A stretch of 64,000 bases of DNA from Octopus vulgaris (GCA_951406725.2 OX597833.1:7254001-7318000), one strand, 5' to 3'; positions 38,871 to 53,616 are shown, counted from the first letter of the stretch. Numbers and translations: made by a program. The notes: generated by a model from the letters alone, not told the origin.

Positions 38871-40052
38871 CAACTTATTGATTGGCATTAAAACATTTTT
38901 GGAAATAAATATTTAAAAAAAAATATCGAAGTTTAAAAAAAGGCTGAAATATGTCATCAGCGAAATCTAAGATATTTTTGAAAAGTTTTGTATTTAGTGG
39001 CACATTGTTAGAGTGGATATATTCCGAAGCATGTTCACAAGATGACACGGATACCTTACATCACACTTAAAAATCACAAGCTAAGCTTCTTTAGACGTCT
39101 GAAACGTAGGTTAGTGAATCCTTCTAGATCGAATTAGAAATGGTTAACAATCACATCCTAGATTCAATTATACTTCGAATAAAAAGATAATAACGCTTCA
39201 ATTATGGGACAATTATAGAATTATTACAATTAAGGAAACGGTAGGTTTTTCTCTGATTTCATAAAATGTTATACTTCCGTAACTAAATACCTTCTTTATA
39301 AGTCCTTTAGCATTTTGCTAAAACCGTCGGAGCAATTTGTGTATCCGATATCAAGCTAATTGGGCAAAACCTTATTTTCTTGAATTAAATTAATTTTAGG
39401 TAAAAGAAAGAAAAATATCGAAGATAAATTGCTTAATTTTTTCATGCGAGCATAGAATGAGATAAAATAACCCAGAGTTATAGATATTTACAATGGGAAC
39501 TCCTAAAAGGTTTCCTATGTTTCTGATGAGTTTATACAGGGTACAGTACGTGAAACTCTTACATTCCATCAACCGAAATTCAAAGTTCGTTTTTACTAGC
39601 ATATCCTTTGGTTCAGTAATAAGGAATTATCAGCAAGCTGGTCATTAATGGAACAAGTGTGACTGCATTAAAAATTAATTTTCAGTACTAGGTTATTAAC
39701 CATCATGCAAGTGTGGAAATTTACGTACGAACGAGTGTTGTATTTGGTATTTATGTGAGGAATTGCTTCTCCTGTTTCAAGATTTGTACAGTCCGAAATG
39801 TTGGCAACTTCTAAACAAGTCTTTTAATACTTGAGATATTGCTAAGGGCCACTAAATAGCTAATTCCTCTCGATCATTCACAACATTTGGTATTTCATTG
39901 ACTACGTCTTTTGTTGAAGATTTTTACTCCCACTTTTTGCGAAAAAAATTTCTCCTCAAAGTGTTTAAAATTTTTGAGTTCCACCCCTTGCACTTTTATA
40001 CGATGCACATCTCCAGTTTCCTTATTCACACACACACACACACACACACACA

Positions 40053-40101
<49 letters not shown>

Positions 40102-40519
40102 AATTATGCACACTAATACACGTTTTCTAAATATTATTTTTCCATGTATATCCTTTACGTAAACAGACATGTTTAAATTCATTTCCTTTCTTCCTTAAAT
40201 GGTAAATTCTCCCCTACTCCTTCCGTCAGCATTAAATTCTAGCAATAAGGAAGTGGGTTATATTCTTAAACAATGAGATGCTGCAATAGTCAAATAACTT
40301 CATTTTTTATTGTAATATTTGCCATATTTTTCATAATCTCCCAAAGATCAGAAAAGAAAAACTCGAAATAAGGATTTGTAAAGGTTTCAGTTTCTAACAT
40401 AAACACACGCGCGCGTGCGCACTCACATATGTATTAGGGTCTTTATAGATCGGTATATAGATGTAGAAATGTAGATAGTTATAGAAAGATATACACGTAA
40501 TTCCTTGTATACGTATATA

Positions 40520-40720
40520 CTTTTCTACTCCCCGAAATTTTGGGGGAGAGGGCCAGTCGATTAGATCGACCCAAGTATGTAACTGGTACTTAATTTTTCG
40601 ACCCCGAAAGGATGAAAGGCAAAGTCGACCTCGGTGGAATTTGAACTCGGAACGTAACGGCAGACGAAATACCGCTAAGTATTTCGCCCGGCGTGCTACC
40701 GATTCTGCCAGCTCGCCGCC
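40520..40720 (-). mobile_element. SINE family B, full length
   Basis: Reverse complement of family B consensus. Confidence 0.9.
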
Positions 40721-40886
40721 TTCAATTCCTTGTATACATATATACTTATATATGTACATGTGTGCGCGCGCGTGTATAAGATCGTATCGTTATATATGTG
40801 TTAATGAGTATGAATGTCAGTGGGCACGCGTTTTTAAGCGTGCCTGTATGTTCGTATAACTCCGTGTATGTGTGTGCGCGCGACTG

Positions 40887-40948
<62 letters not shown>

Positions 40949-41339
40949 TGCGTGTGACTGAGCATACAAACATGTGTGTGCCTACGTGTGTGCTGATATA
41001 CTGCAGGTTTAACAAAGCCTTTGAAATCCAAGCCACAGAATGACATGTAATATGTGATAAACGGTTATAAACACCCATACCGAGAGAGAGGGTGTGTGTG
41101 GTGTGTGTGGTGGGGGTGGTGGGGTGGGGTGGGAGAGGTAAGGGGAGAGACATGATATCCAGTAACCCACAGCTGATATCTAATTTGTCACCACCACATG
41201 TACTGATATCTAAGAATATCTGTACACCGCTTGAACGCGTGCCTCAGTCTCTCTCACACGATCACTTTATTTCCCATTTGATAACAGAAAACTGCTTACA
41301 AGACAGATTCACTCCCAGACTAGTATAATTACAGATACA

Positions 41340-41373
<34 letters not shown>

Positions 41374-41472
41374 CACATATATATGTATATGTATATGTAT
41401 ATGCGTATATATATGTGTGTGTATATGTATATATTAATTATATGTAGACAGATAAAGGGGTGGATGTAGTAT

Positions 41473-41568
<96 letters not shown>

Positions 41569-41579
41569 TACATACATAC

Positions 41580-41650
<71 letters not shown>

Positions 41651-42429
41651 CGTATGTATACCCGTAAAGATATGTATTTAAATATGTATATATGCATACA
41701 AACTCACATGCGTATGTGAGTTTGTATGGATCCAGTGGTGACGCTCAAGTCTGGGAGTTCTAGAATTGCCAGGAGCTTGGAATCACCCCTTATTTACCAT
41801 TATTCTCAGGTCCGTTCTGACTCAAAATGATAGTACCTGTCAGGGTCCCGTCCATGGCTTAAATTAATTCCCCAGGAGTAGCGGAGGCTCCTGTTAGTCG
41901 TGAGAAAGCCATGGGGGGGGGAGGTGTTCTAGGAGAAAGATACTCTGTCATAAAAGTCTACGGTTAAAATAGTTAGCAGACATCTCACAATGCTTGCTGC
42001 TGGGACTTACCCTGTCGACCGAGAGAGTGGCATAAGTGTTGGTCAAGCTTTTGTCCCTTAAATCCATTAACATACATTTATCTTATTGTTCATTTCATTT
42101 CTTGGTCCGTTTTGTATTTAGTGAAGCCCTTTGGTGGTGGGGTTTGGCGTGAAAAGTCATAACCGGGCACACGTTAGGATGAAAATCAGAACAATCGGGT
42201 GAGACGGGTATCGTTTTACAAGCGGAGGCAATCATCACATAATCTTCTAAATCTTGTATATCAGTGACGCAAGAATATACCCGGGTAAGGGATCAAATCC
42301 AGCCTAGAGTCTTTCTACCGCGCACTGTTAGAAAAATTGATACCAGTATTATACTGGGGTCGATTCAATTTTATTCTTTCCTATGTTATCAATATTTGAC
42401 TAGACATAAGAATCTGAAACATTCACGTA

Positions 42430-42570
42430 AAGGAGCCCCCGTCGGTTTCGACGATGTGCCTTCAGTTGTTTGACCAAGGGATTACCTATTCGTGAAATTA
42501 ATACGTAAACGGCTGAGTATTCCTGAGGTACGTTCAGTCTTAAGCGATTCTCATGCAGAACCTCACAAGG
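42430..42570 (-). mobile_element. Old SINE family A 3' domain
   Basis: ccgtcggtttcgacga...tcgtgaaattaa...ggctgagtattcc. Confidence 0.55.
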
Positions 42571-42614
42571 CTTGAACCTTTGGATTAGATGTTCAATCTA
42601 ACGAGGTAGAAAGG

Positions 42615-43280
42615 AGGTGAGCTGGCAGAATGGTTAGCGCGCTGGGGAAAATGTTTAGCAGCATTGCGTCGGTCAGTACACTCTGAGTTCAAATTCCGTC
42701 GGGGTCGACTTTGCTTTTTATTCTTTCGGGGTCAATAAAATAAGTACCAGTTGAGCACAGGGTCGATGTAATCTACTTACTCTGCTTCCCTTGTGCCAAA
42801 ATTTGGAACGAATCTAGAGAGAAATAGAAGAATCAACTCTGAAACTGTTTTGGTATTTTATTAATCAATCCTGAAAGGATAAAAGACGAAGTTGATCCTG
42901 GCAGGATTTGAACTCTGAACGTAGATATCTGGAATAAAAGTCACACAGAGTATTCAATACGATGTTCTGACAATTCTACAAATATCCAGCCTTGATGTTC
43001 ATATGATGTATGTGGTGAAAGGAAGTGAAATATTTTTGAGCCGGGATTTAAACTGTGACTCACTATTTGGTTTGCAGAGAGCGAGCTCAACTCTTTACGT
43101 CATTTGTCATTCAACAAATCAACATTAAGAGAACCATTTGCCAGAATGGTTTGAACGTCGAACAGGTTGATGTGCTGTAATAGCTCTGGGTCTTTATGTT
43201 ATGGGTTCAAATCCCGCCGACGTTAACTTAACTTTTTATCATTTCGGCTCCGATAAATAAAATACCAGTACCGTCCTGGG
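42615..43280. mobile_element. Cluster of degraded SINE family B copies (+, -, +)
   Basis: ~42615-42810 (+), ~42835-42990 (-), ~43138-43280 (+). Confidence 0.65.
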
Positions 43281-43281
43281 G

Positions 43282-43354
<73 letters not shown>

Positions 43355-44094
43355 TCTGTAGTTTAGTTTATCCGTTTGTCGTCTCCTGTCAAACAATAAC
43401 TATGGTATTTAAGTCAGGTGTGTCTACTGCCTCTGGGGTTGTTTTTTTCCCAAGTTCACATTTTCAAAGTTCCGAGCTGGCCAAAACCGATTGTATCCCT
43501 AAAAGCATTGCCCTTATATGGCCACGAAATAATTAGCGTGGTCGATGTAACTCGTGCTCCAACATGGCCATATTTCAATGACAACTTCTTCACCAAAAAT
43601 GGAAATAATATAATGTAATATTGGTGATGGTGCGTGGCCTAGTGGTTAGAGTGTCGTACACACAATCAAGCGATCGTGAGTTCGTTCCCGGACAGAACAG
43701 CGTGTTTTGTTCTTGAACAAGACACTCCATTTCATGTAGTTTTGCGGGTGGGAGATCGGCAGAATCGTTGGCGCATCGACAGATGTGCCTTGCGGAATAT
43801 CTTCCGGCCCTCTACATTCTGAGTTCAAATCGCACCTGCCTGGAGAATGCAAAGCGATGCCACTTCAGTATTTATCCCAAGCCTAGTCATGGATGGCCGT
43901 AGCTACATCAATCTACTTAACGCTGACAGGGGAGAGTACGACCCTCTCACGTCGCATAGAGAGAGCTGGAGAAGGTTCCCATGCACAGGACCTAACCAAG
44001 AGAGGACCATCGTTGGATATCATATTGAACAAACTGATATTTTAAAGATAATTAAAATTTTAGGGTGTTATTCTTTCTGTTAATGAAACTAAGT

Positions 44095-44339
44095 AGAGGC
44101 GCGTGGCTTAGTGGTTAATGTGTCAGCATCATGATCGTGAGATTGTGGTTTCGATTCCTGGACCGGCCGACGCGTTGTGTTCTTGAGCAAAACACTTCAT
44201 TTCACGTTACTCCAGTACACTCAGCTGGCAAAAATGAGTAACGCTGCCATGGACTGGCGTCCCATCCAGCTGGGGAACACATACGTCAGTGAAACCGGGA
44301 AACCGGGCCCTTGAGCCTGGCTAGGCTTTAAAAGGGCAC
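44095..44339 (+). mobile_element. tRNA-derived SINE family D with CORE-like body and perfect 16-bp TSD
   Basis: tggcttagtgg A box, gtttcgattcc B box, ttgtgttcttgagcaaaacactt; TSD gttaatgaaactaagt at 44079-44094 and 44340-44355; related heads at 43629 and 52420. Confidence 0.9.
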
Positions 44340-44769
44340 GTTAATGAAACTAAGTTTTAAATTAGTTTTTATTGATTTGATAACATTTGAGCAATTTATC
44401 GATAAGTAATCAGTGTCACTGATCTTCGCACCAGAAACCTTGCACTTTAATTCGAAGGGAGTAGAAGAATACTAAAAGATCCCATAGTTTAAAAAAAAAA
44501 ATTTTTTAAGTGGGGCCAGAAAATCCTTGAGGAGAATTGAACTCACAACATTGAATTTGATCGAGGTAATACAATATCATAACCGTTCGACCATTGCACC
44601 TGTGAAGTTCTAAATTACTACGAGTAAACAAACGCCTTAAAAAACATACTAAAAATAACCAGAGGCAGAGACAGAGAGGATGTATATATTATATATCAGC
44701 CAAATGGATATTATCAGTCATAAAATGGCTATTAATAGCGAACCAGATACACTGACTGATGTACATCAA

Positions 44770-44809
<40 letters not shown>

Positions 44810-45291
44810 CCTGTACGAAAAGGAGTATTTTTAGTGTGAAGTTAAAGAGCTGAGCTAGAGAAAGATATTTGATATTAAGAGAAGAAGATAAACTAAAATA
44901 CGATAAACAGACGAGCTGTGATGTAAGTGGGGTCTACTATGGTAAACGTTCGCTCCGTCCCTGATGTGTAGGTGTCCGCTTTATGTAAATAATATGATAA
45001 TTAGCCTTAAGGTGTATCTCAACGAAATTGGTCTTACGTACCAACAGACGTCACGCATATACACCACAATCTATACATTTTACATATGTTTGTGTGTGTG
45101 TGTGTGTCTGGAAGAAGACAACAATGGATTTGTTGTTGATAAAAGTTTTATATGTAAAAATATATATTCTATCAATACTCTTTATAAGAAGTGTTCGCTT
45201 GTATAGTTGCTTATCTCTACGCAATTATAAATATGGGTGTCTTATATTTGTATGGCTGAGAATGTGAGTGTGTTTGCATGTTTCTGTGTGC

Positions 45292-45336
<45 letters not shown>

Positions 45337-45364
45337 AGAGAGAGAGAGAGAAAAAGAGAAAGAC

Positions 45365-45428
<64 letters not shown>

Positions 45429-45460
45429 GTGTATGTGTGTCTGTGTATGTATATATATAT

Positions 45461-45623
45461 GGGCACAGATGTAACTGTATGGTAAGAAGTTTGCTTCCCT
45501 GCCACATGGTTCCGGGTTCAGTCTCACTGCGGGGCACCTTGGGCAAGTGTCTTCTGCTGAAGCCTCCGGTCGACCAAAGCCTTGTGAGTGGATTTGGTAG
45601 ATGGAAACTGAAAGAAGTCCATC

Positions 45624-45666
<43 letters not shown>

Positions 45667-45850
45667 GGTGTATGTGTGTGTGTGTGTGTGTCTGTGTTTG
45701 TCCCCCACCATCGCTTGGAAACCGATGTTGGTCTGTTTATGTTCGGCAAAAGAGACCGATAGAATAAGTCCTGGGGTCGATTTGTTCGAGTAAAGGCGGT
45801 TCTGCAGCATGACCGCAGTCAAAATGACTGAAACCAATAAAAGAATAAAA
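45461..45850 (+). mobile_element. SINE family C
   Basis: Matches 33586-33989 with expanded internal (TA)n. Confidence 0.85.
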
Positions 45851-45907
45851 GAAGATACATATATATATATATATATATCTGCCTAGATATGTATGCATGT
45901 ATATATA

Positions 45908-45938
<31 letters not shown>

Positions 45939-45999
45939 ATGTATGTATGTATGTATGTATGTATGTGCATACCCCTTCATCGACAGCATTCCAGAAGCG

Positions 46000-46850
46000 A
46001 TAACGTTTTCATTTCTCACGTCAGATTTCTTCGCTTCACGTCTTGCAAAACAACTCCTTTCGTGGCTGATATATTCTATGCCCATTCGACATATTTTTTT
46101 ATCGCAATACCTGCGGCAGAGCAATGTTGAGCCAGAAGTCCCAGCCACTGTTGTGTACTTAGGTATTTCTCCCAACTCCTCAACATGTTGAATGCGGTTA
46201 TCTTCATAAGCTTTGGTTCTGTTCACAGCTGATCTTTACAGGTTGCGGTCCTTTGCTGACTCTTCCCATTTTCTTTAATCGATGGAGAATTCTTCAAGGA
46301 TATTTTTAATATTGGACCGTAAACCACATCTTTGGATGTCCTATTCTCCTTCTTTCTTCTGCCTGTTCTCCCCGCAACACTTGTTTGAGAATTCTAGAGT
46401 TATCCTTTCGTGTAACATTCCATATAAAAATCTGTGTCATCTTCATTTAAGTATCGTGTAGAGTGAAGAGACTTGTGCTCTTTGGAGTTCAGGAATTTTT
46501 CTTACTATTTGATGCAAAGGATCTTTTTTAAAGAGCGCATTTGGAAGCTGTCTTCTCTCTTGATCCATGTTTCACTTTTATTAAGACTTTAGAGGACACA
46601 TTTCGAGCAGATCAGAATCATCGTCTTTGTTATAAGCTTGTCATTTTTACATAGGTTTTTGTTAAGTGTCCCGAATACTGATGCAACTTTGCCGATTCTT
46701 CCGTCCATCAAGAGATAACGTACCGGATATTTTAGATCACATCACAAGAAAACAAACTTTCTCACAATATTTAGAATATCTCCACGCAGTTGGACAACCG
46801 GAGCTGACTCTATTCCATGGCTTATTATGTCCGTTCTCTTGGCATTAATG
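46000..46850 (-). pseudogene. Degraded RTE-BovB-like LINE 3' region
   Basis: Minus translation KWEESAKDRNL.RSAVNRTKAYEDNRI resembles the RTE C-terminal W...A.DR..WR motif. Confidence 0.5.
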
Positions 46851-47115
46851 GTCAACGTGAAAAAACCACTAGGTCTGGTGAGGCTATCAGTTTTTGGAAT
46901 GCAACTTCGCCATGGCCAGTGAGTGCAGCCGCATCGGCAAAAAATAATACATTAATTAAAATTAATTAATTAAAATTTCCGTGGTCAATCGTTTGATTCC
47001 GACATCGCAAGTTCAACGGAGGGGCATCCCGTGTAGGCCTAACGTAGATTCTATCGTCTTTTCCTCTGAATTCATGTTACCTTCGCCTGAATACACGATG
47101 AAAATAGTAGTCTAA

Positions 47116-47217
<102 letters not shown>

Positions 47218-47360
47218 TGTATGTATGTATGTATGTATATTCTCAGACAGAATATATTTTGTCGGAATAACGATTATTTATTACGTACAAAAATAAATAC
47301 CGGTTAATAGATATATATAATTAATTTGGCAAACATATACTGATAAATGAATACACTAAA

Positions 47361-47448
<88 letters not shown>

Positions 47449-47689
47449 TATATGTGTGTGTGTACTATATATAACGAGAGATTCTGTATTTGTATCGAAA
47501 TGATCCAACCATCTGTTGCTGGTATATTGTATTAAGATTCCCTGTTTGCGTATATAATGTAATACAGCAATGCCTGTATGCATGTGTATATACATACATA
47601 TATATATATATGTGTGCATGTGCGTGTGAGTGTCTATATATATATACATATGCACACATATACGTACACACGCACAGACATATATATAC

Positions 47690-47752
<63 letters not shown>

Positions 47753-49615
47753 TATATATAACAAGGATGCTATATATCTTGATACTGTTCTGCTTCTTCA
47801 ATCAGCAGCTTCCCAGTAATGCTGATTCCAGTTCGGGTGTTTCAACATACAAACATCACAAACAACGCCTAGAACATCAATAACAACAATATTAACAACA
47901 TGAACATACTTAAGATAACATCAAACGTTGTCAACATCAAAGGTTTTGGGAATCTAATACCCCGAACTTTGAAGAATCCAAATCTTCGCACATACGCGTG
48001 AGGGCAAACACACACGCACACATCACGGACGTGCATGCAAGCAGATAGAGAAGCACGCTCCCAGGACACACACACACACATCCAAGGAGTAGGGAGGGGG
48101 CATATGATCCAACAATCAATTCAGTAGCACTTTCTGTGAGTATTTGGTTAACAAGGTACTTTAAAGGAATGCCAGCAATCCTTGTTTTCCACCAACCAGT
48201 CAATAAAATAAACGATACAATGTTAACTTCTTTGTTCTGATATCATACACTCTGTAAATCTAATTTATACAACAAGATGCTGCACATTTGTCGTTGAGTA
48301 ATAAATTAATATGATTGAAGAGTATTTAATGAAGTTACGTACGTTTCCATAGAAAGGTTACTTATTCGCTTATTAATATATTACATAATAGAATAAGATA
48401 AACAGTCCATTTCGTCAGACATCAATTCACATTCAAAATATAGTCAAAATACATTTTGCTTATAAACTAATATCTGAAGAAATGGTTTGGTTATATTGTT
48501 CTTGTATGTAATATAATTATAAACAAATAAATTACGATTCTATGGAAAGGTATATGACATAATTAAATATTTGACCCCATTCATATTTATCACCTTTTAT
48601 GACCTTCAAATCTATTCTTCACTCTGTGACCAACAATTTGAACTCGATAGACCCGTAACCAACGAAGGCCTACTATCCTACATCACATTCCAGTTAGCTG
48701 TTGCTTTTCAGAACTTCTCCCAAAGCAATTTTGTAGTTCTTCACTCATGCAGATCCTTCTGCTCGTCCACTCTCCGATTCCCAGAATTTCCTAGTTAGTC
48801 CTCGCGAGTTAAAATTCCCCCGCATTTCTTGACTCTGCGTTATTGCTGTCTGTATTGACAAGCTGTATACTCCTCTTTATTTTATCAACTCTGACTTAGA
48901 AGTCCACCTTATAAGCAGGTAGACTAATTAGGAGATTCTAAGAATGGTAAACAAAGACCCAATGTTTTTTCTATACCCGATTAGAAGTTCCTTCACTAAT
49001 GAGTATATAAGCAATCGTAATTTTGAGGTATCGATGTGCCATACTGGAATTACCACAAAATGTAGGGAAACACTCTGTGGTAGTTACTCAATCTTTTAGG
49101 TAGCCAAAGATATCCCTAAAAATAGAGATGGTCCTGCCTGGAATGCCTTTGGTAATTGACTTGTTTAAAAGGAGTTGATTTCGTTTAAAGCATTGGGATT
49201 ACAATGGATTAATTTCTTAAACCATTTTGGAATTCCTAGTTATGTCTGTAGAAACGTATTTTACGTATAAACGGTTCCAATATGGAATAAATTGGTTTGC
49301 CAAGGGGAAGATGGAAACTCAGACGTTTCCGGCAGAACCATTCGTCGGAGTCAGACAAATGCTTTCTGTTTATAGTCACTAATTGCCAAAACAGACGATT
49401 GTATGATTCTTTGGATCCTGTTGCACGCGCACTTTACCATTCCATCATTGTTTATTTATAGATTTCAAGATACTTTAAGAATATTGGCAACAAGTGTGTG
49501 TAGGAATATAAAATCGCATTAGTTATGTATTTTATAATATTTGTTTTTATGCCAAATTATATATGAAAGCAATTTAATATTAAACTGAACAATCGTTTAC
49601 ATCTTATTAGGCGGG

Positions 49616-49940
49616 TGGGGGAGCTGGCAGAATCGTTAGCACAACGGGCGAAATGCTTAGCGATATTTCGTCTGTTTTTACCTTCTGAGTTCAAATTCCT
49701 CTGAGTTCAACTTTGCCTTTCATCCTTTCGGGGTCGATAAATTAAGTATCAATTGCGTACTGGGGTCAATGTAATCGACTGCCCCCACCAGAAAAAAAAG
49801 AGCATTTCGGGTCTGGTGCCTAGAGAAGAAAAGAATATTAAACTTAAGGCAAGCTGGCAGAATCGTTAGCACGCCAGGTAAAATGCTTAGCGGCATTTCG
49901 TTTGTCTTTACGTTCTGAGTTCAAATTCCGATGAGGTCAA
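49616..49940 (+). mobile_element. Two tandem SINE family B copies (second 3'-truncated)
   Basis: gagctggcagaatcgttagc heads at ~49621 and ~49852. Confidence 0.85.
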
Positions 49941-49943
49941 GCG

Positions 49944-50018
49944 TAACTTCGAAGTTCCTGCATGCTCTCCTTCATTAGATTGTCTAATGAAGGTGAGCCA
50001 GTCGAAATTTCGAAGTCA
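49944..50018. mobile_element. Fold-back H6 with degenerate hammerhead in both arms
   Basis: Arms 49944-49979 / 49983-50018; CTAATGA-aggtgagccagtc-GAAA-TTTCGAAG-TC-act. Confidence 0.6.
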
Positions 50019-50681
50019 CTGCCAATCTTTTCCTTCAAACAGTTACTTCTTCACATAAGAGTGTACACGAACGTGTTGACTGTAATTGTACGCACCTATA
50101 TTTCAATCAACTCCTCTTCGTGTTTCTCCAGTTAATATATGTGTGTGCGTGTGTGTGTGTGTATGTATGTGTGTGTGTATGTGTGTGTGTATGTGTGTAT
50201 ATATGTGTGTGTGTGTGTGTGCGACTGAGTAGAGATTAGAAATTTATGCTAATTAATCCTTCCGTGCCTCCCCATCAACAGAAACATTGGAATACCAAAC
50301 TGGGAATGACGGCTTCTATTGTAATGAAGACACGGCGAAGGCCTGGGGGCAGGGACGCGGTGGGGTGGCGCTGTCGGAAGCTTGAAACGAATTCCAAGTT
50401 GCCAAGTTCTATTATAAGTGGTAGACTGCCAACTTCACCTGTGGTGGCGGCGTCGGTGGTGGTGATTGAAGTGAAGATATTAAGATGCCGCTGAAGATGA
50501 CGAGAGGAATGTTGCCAACTCGTTCGGTGGCACCACCGACTGATGGCAGAACTTGTCTTTGATTTAGTGGTTCAACAGTCTTGTTGCACACTTTGGCTGC
50601 TGCATACGGCAGAGAAATGTATACGGATATACCTACACATAGACATACACAAATATGTACATACACATACATGCGCACACT

Positions 50682-50866
<185 letters not shown>

Positions 50867-51118
50867 GCATACAGTCACAGACACACATTCGTCTGAAATT
50901 GTATATGTGTGTGTGTATGTGTGTGTGCGTGTTTCTATACATATACATAAAGATTTATACATAAATAATTTCTCACATTCATGCATACATACATAAGTCC
51001 ATATGCAAAATATACAGTTCCCTGCTAATGTTGGAATGCTAAAGGAGGAACCTTGGATCTGGGCTACAAACTGGATCTTCCTTCATTGGCAAAGTATCTA
51101 GAAATAAAATTAACGCAC

Positions 51119-51216
<98 letters not shown>

Positions 51217-51379
51217 TACACACATATATATATATGTATATATATATATGTATATATGTAAGTTAGGTACAAAAAATTCAGGGTGAATACTTGATAACTG
51301 TAAGCACCTGTATATGCCAGCTAGTGGTATAGGTGATAGGATACATGTATCAAAAGAAAAACAGGACGCAAAGGATTTT

Positions 51380-51466
51380 GCGGTACATATGTTTCTGGCT
51401 TTATTGAACAATATATATCAATGCATAATTGATATAACAGGTAGGTCAAAAGCCTTCTTCAGCGCG
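51380..51466 (-). ncRNA. Inverted copy of the H2 hammerhead (stem I missing one G)
   Basis: Minus strand cgcg-CTGAAGA-aggcttt...aaagcca-GAAA-CATATG-TA-ccgc. Confidence 0.6.
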
Positions 51467-51697
51467 TACAATTACCACACCAAAGACATGTATTACATTA
51501 TAGCACGTTTGAGAAAAAGTTTGGGAAAAAACCGAGTTTCATTGGGAAGGTAAATCCTCATAGGCGTATATGGCATTGCGAGATACCAAAACAAAACACC
51601 TATGAGGATTTACCTTCCCAATGAAACTCGGTTTTTTCCCAAACGTTTTCTCAAACGTGCTATCATGTAATACATGTCTTTAGTGTGATAATTGTAC

Positions 51698-51784
51698 GCG
51701 GCTGAAGAAGGCTTTTGATCTACATGTTATATCAATTATGCATTGATATAAACTGTTCAATAAAGCCAGAAACATATGTACCGC
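51698..51784 (+). ncRNA. Type I hammerhead ribozyme with extended stem II
   Basis: gcgg-CTGAAGA-a-ggcttt...ttatatcaat tatgc attgatataa...aaagcc-a-GAAA-CATATG-TA-ccgc; predicted cleavage after GUA (51780). Confidence 0.75.
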
Positions 51785-51818
51785 AAAATCCTTTGCGTCC
51801 TGTTTTTCTTTTGATACA

Positions 51819-51893
<75 letters not shown>

Positions 51894-52266
51894 TCACCAA
51901 TGAATTCATTGGTCCATTTTACTTAACACACGTGCATATATTTAAGCTCACACACACATACATACATGTATGACTATAGTGAATAAGGATCTGCTTGTTA
52001 CTCTGGTACCTATTACTACTAAGATGAACGCCACCACTTCACAAATCGTCAAAACAATAGCAGCGAGATAAAGCGGTATCAGTTATATTAAACCACAGTC
52101 TACCGACGTAATATATCTCTATAAGTTTGTTGTAGTCTTAGATTGACTTGTCCCTTATCCCGAGTCAATTGGTAGTGGTCCACGATGTATGTGTAATAAC
52201 CGACGGAACATTCTTGAACACTGATTCGTAGATCAGAGGGAACCTTCATCGTCGAAATAGATGGAG

Positions 52267-52324
<58 letters not shown>

Positions 52325-52784
52325 AGTAGAGTGTAGAAATTTATTCTAAATAATCCTTCATAAACATGCATTTATAAACACAAAAACACATTTATGTATG
52401 AATATGGATGTATGTGTTTGTGGCCTAGTGGTTAGGGTGTTCGTCTTACGATTATAACTCCTGCAGTTCAATTCGTAGACCTGGTAGGGCATTGTAGTCT
52501 TGAGCAAGGCGCTTTATTTCACATGTATTCTTTCTATACAACCGAAAATAAGTGCTGGTGCTGCTCTCCCACCTGTGACTTAGATAGACCTGTTCTGGAT
52601 CAAAGAATAGAGAGAGAGAGAGAGAGAGAGTGTGTGTGTGTTCAGTTATAATAAAAACAATTTTGCATTAATCTCAAGAGTTACTCCAAACTTTTGAAGA
52701 GTATAAATTTATTTTTCTTTAACAAATAAAGACAGTGACTTCCAAGTTTCCGTCAGCTGAGCCATCATTGATAATATAATGACC

Positions 52785-53030
52785 CTCTTCGGTCATGAAG
52801 GATCACGAGGCTGCACTTAGAAAGTTCCCCTACCAGCCTTCCCTCTCCATGCCCCCGATGTTATCCAAGAGAAAGGCAAAAGGGGCCGATACAGCTTGGC
52901 ACCTGTGACGTCGCAATTGACTTCTACAACTGTGTGAACTGGAGCAACATGGAATAAAGTGTCTTGCTCAAGAATACAACTCACGGCCCGGTCCGGGAAT
53001 CGAACTCACAGCCCTCGTGCTTGTGAGACT
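52785..53030 (-). mobile_element. tRNA-derived SINE with CORE-like body (family D head, different tail)
   Basis: gggaatcgaactc (reverse B box), aagtgtcttgctcaagaa. Confidence 0.75.
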
Positions 53031-53235
53031 ATGTATGCACATATAAATGAAGACATTATTTTCGTTACCGAATACAAAATTAAACCATTTGCAGTTTGTT
53101 TATATAGACACGATGTCGTAAACCGGAAGCTATATGTGACATAAATCGAATCACACTGTCATTATTCGAATATCGTTAATTCATTCAATAATCATCATCA
53201 TCATCATCATCATTATTATTATTATTATTATTGAA

Positions 53236-53615
53236 GGCGGCAAGCTGGCAGAATCGTTTGCAGTTCAAATTCCGCCGAGGTCGACTTTGTTTTTCATCCT
53301 TTCGGGGTCGATAAATCAAGTACCAATTGATTACAGGGATCGATGTAATCGACTATGCCCCTCCCCACAAATTCCAGGCTTTGTGCCTATAGCAGAAAGG
53401 ATTATTATTATTAAGGCGGCGAGCTGGCAGAATCGTTAGCACACGGACAAAATACCTTGCGTCCCAACGTTCTGAGTTCAATTTCCGCGCAGGTCAACTT
53501 TGACGTTTATCCTTTCAGGTTCGCTAAATTAAGTGCCAGTGAAACACTGGGGTCGATGTAATCGACAATACCCCTCCCGCCAAATTTCAGGCCCTTGTGC
53601 CTATCGTAGAAAGGA

Positions 53616-53616
<1 letters not shown>
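53236..53616 (+). mobile_element. Two tandem SINE family B copies in (ATT)n
   Basis: 53236-53400 and 53414-53616, each preceded and followed by ATT repeats. Confidence 0.85.

Larger units (their letters stand above)
51345..51819. mobile_element. Fold-back element H2: ~223-bp inverted arms, 28-bp spacer, one hammerhead per arm
   Basis: Arms 51345-51567 and 51596-51819 are reverse complements with few mismatches; right end runs into (TA)n. Confidence 0.9.

Noticed and set aside
41695-41728. Perfect 15-bp hairpin
   Set aside because: Short, low-complexity and microsatellite-adjacent; probably a local template switch
50246-50620. GC-richer island with short ORFs
   Set aside because: No recognisable protein motif or convincing splice sites
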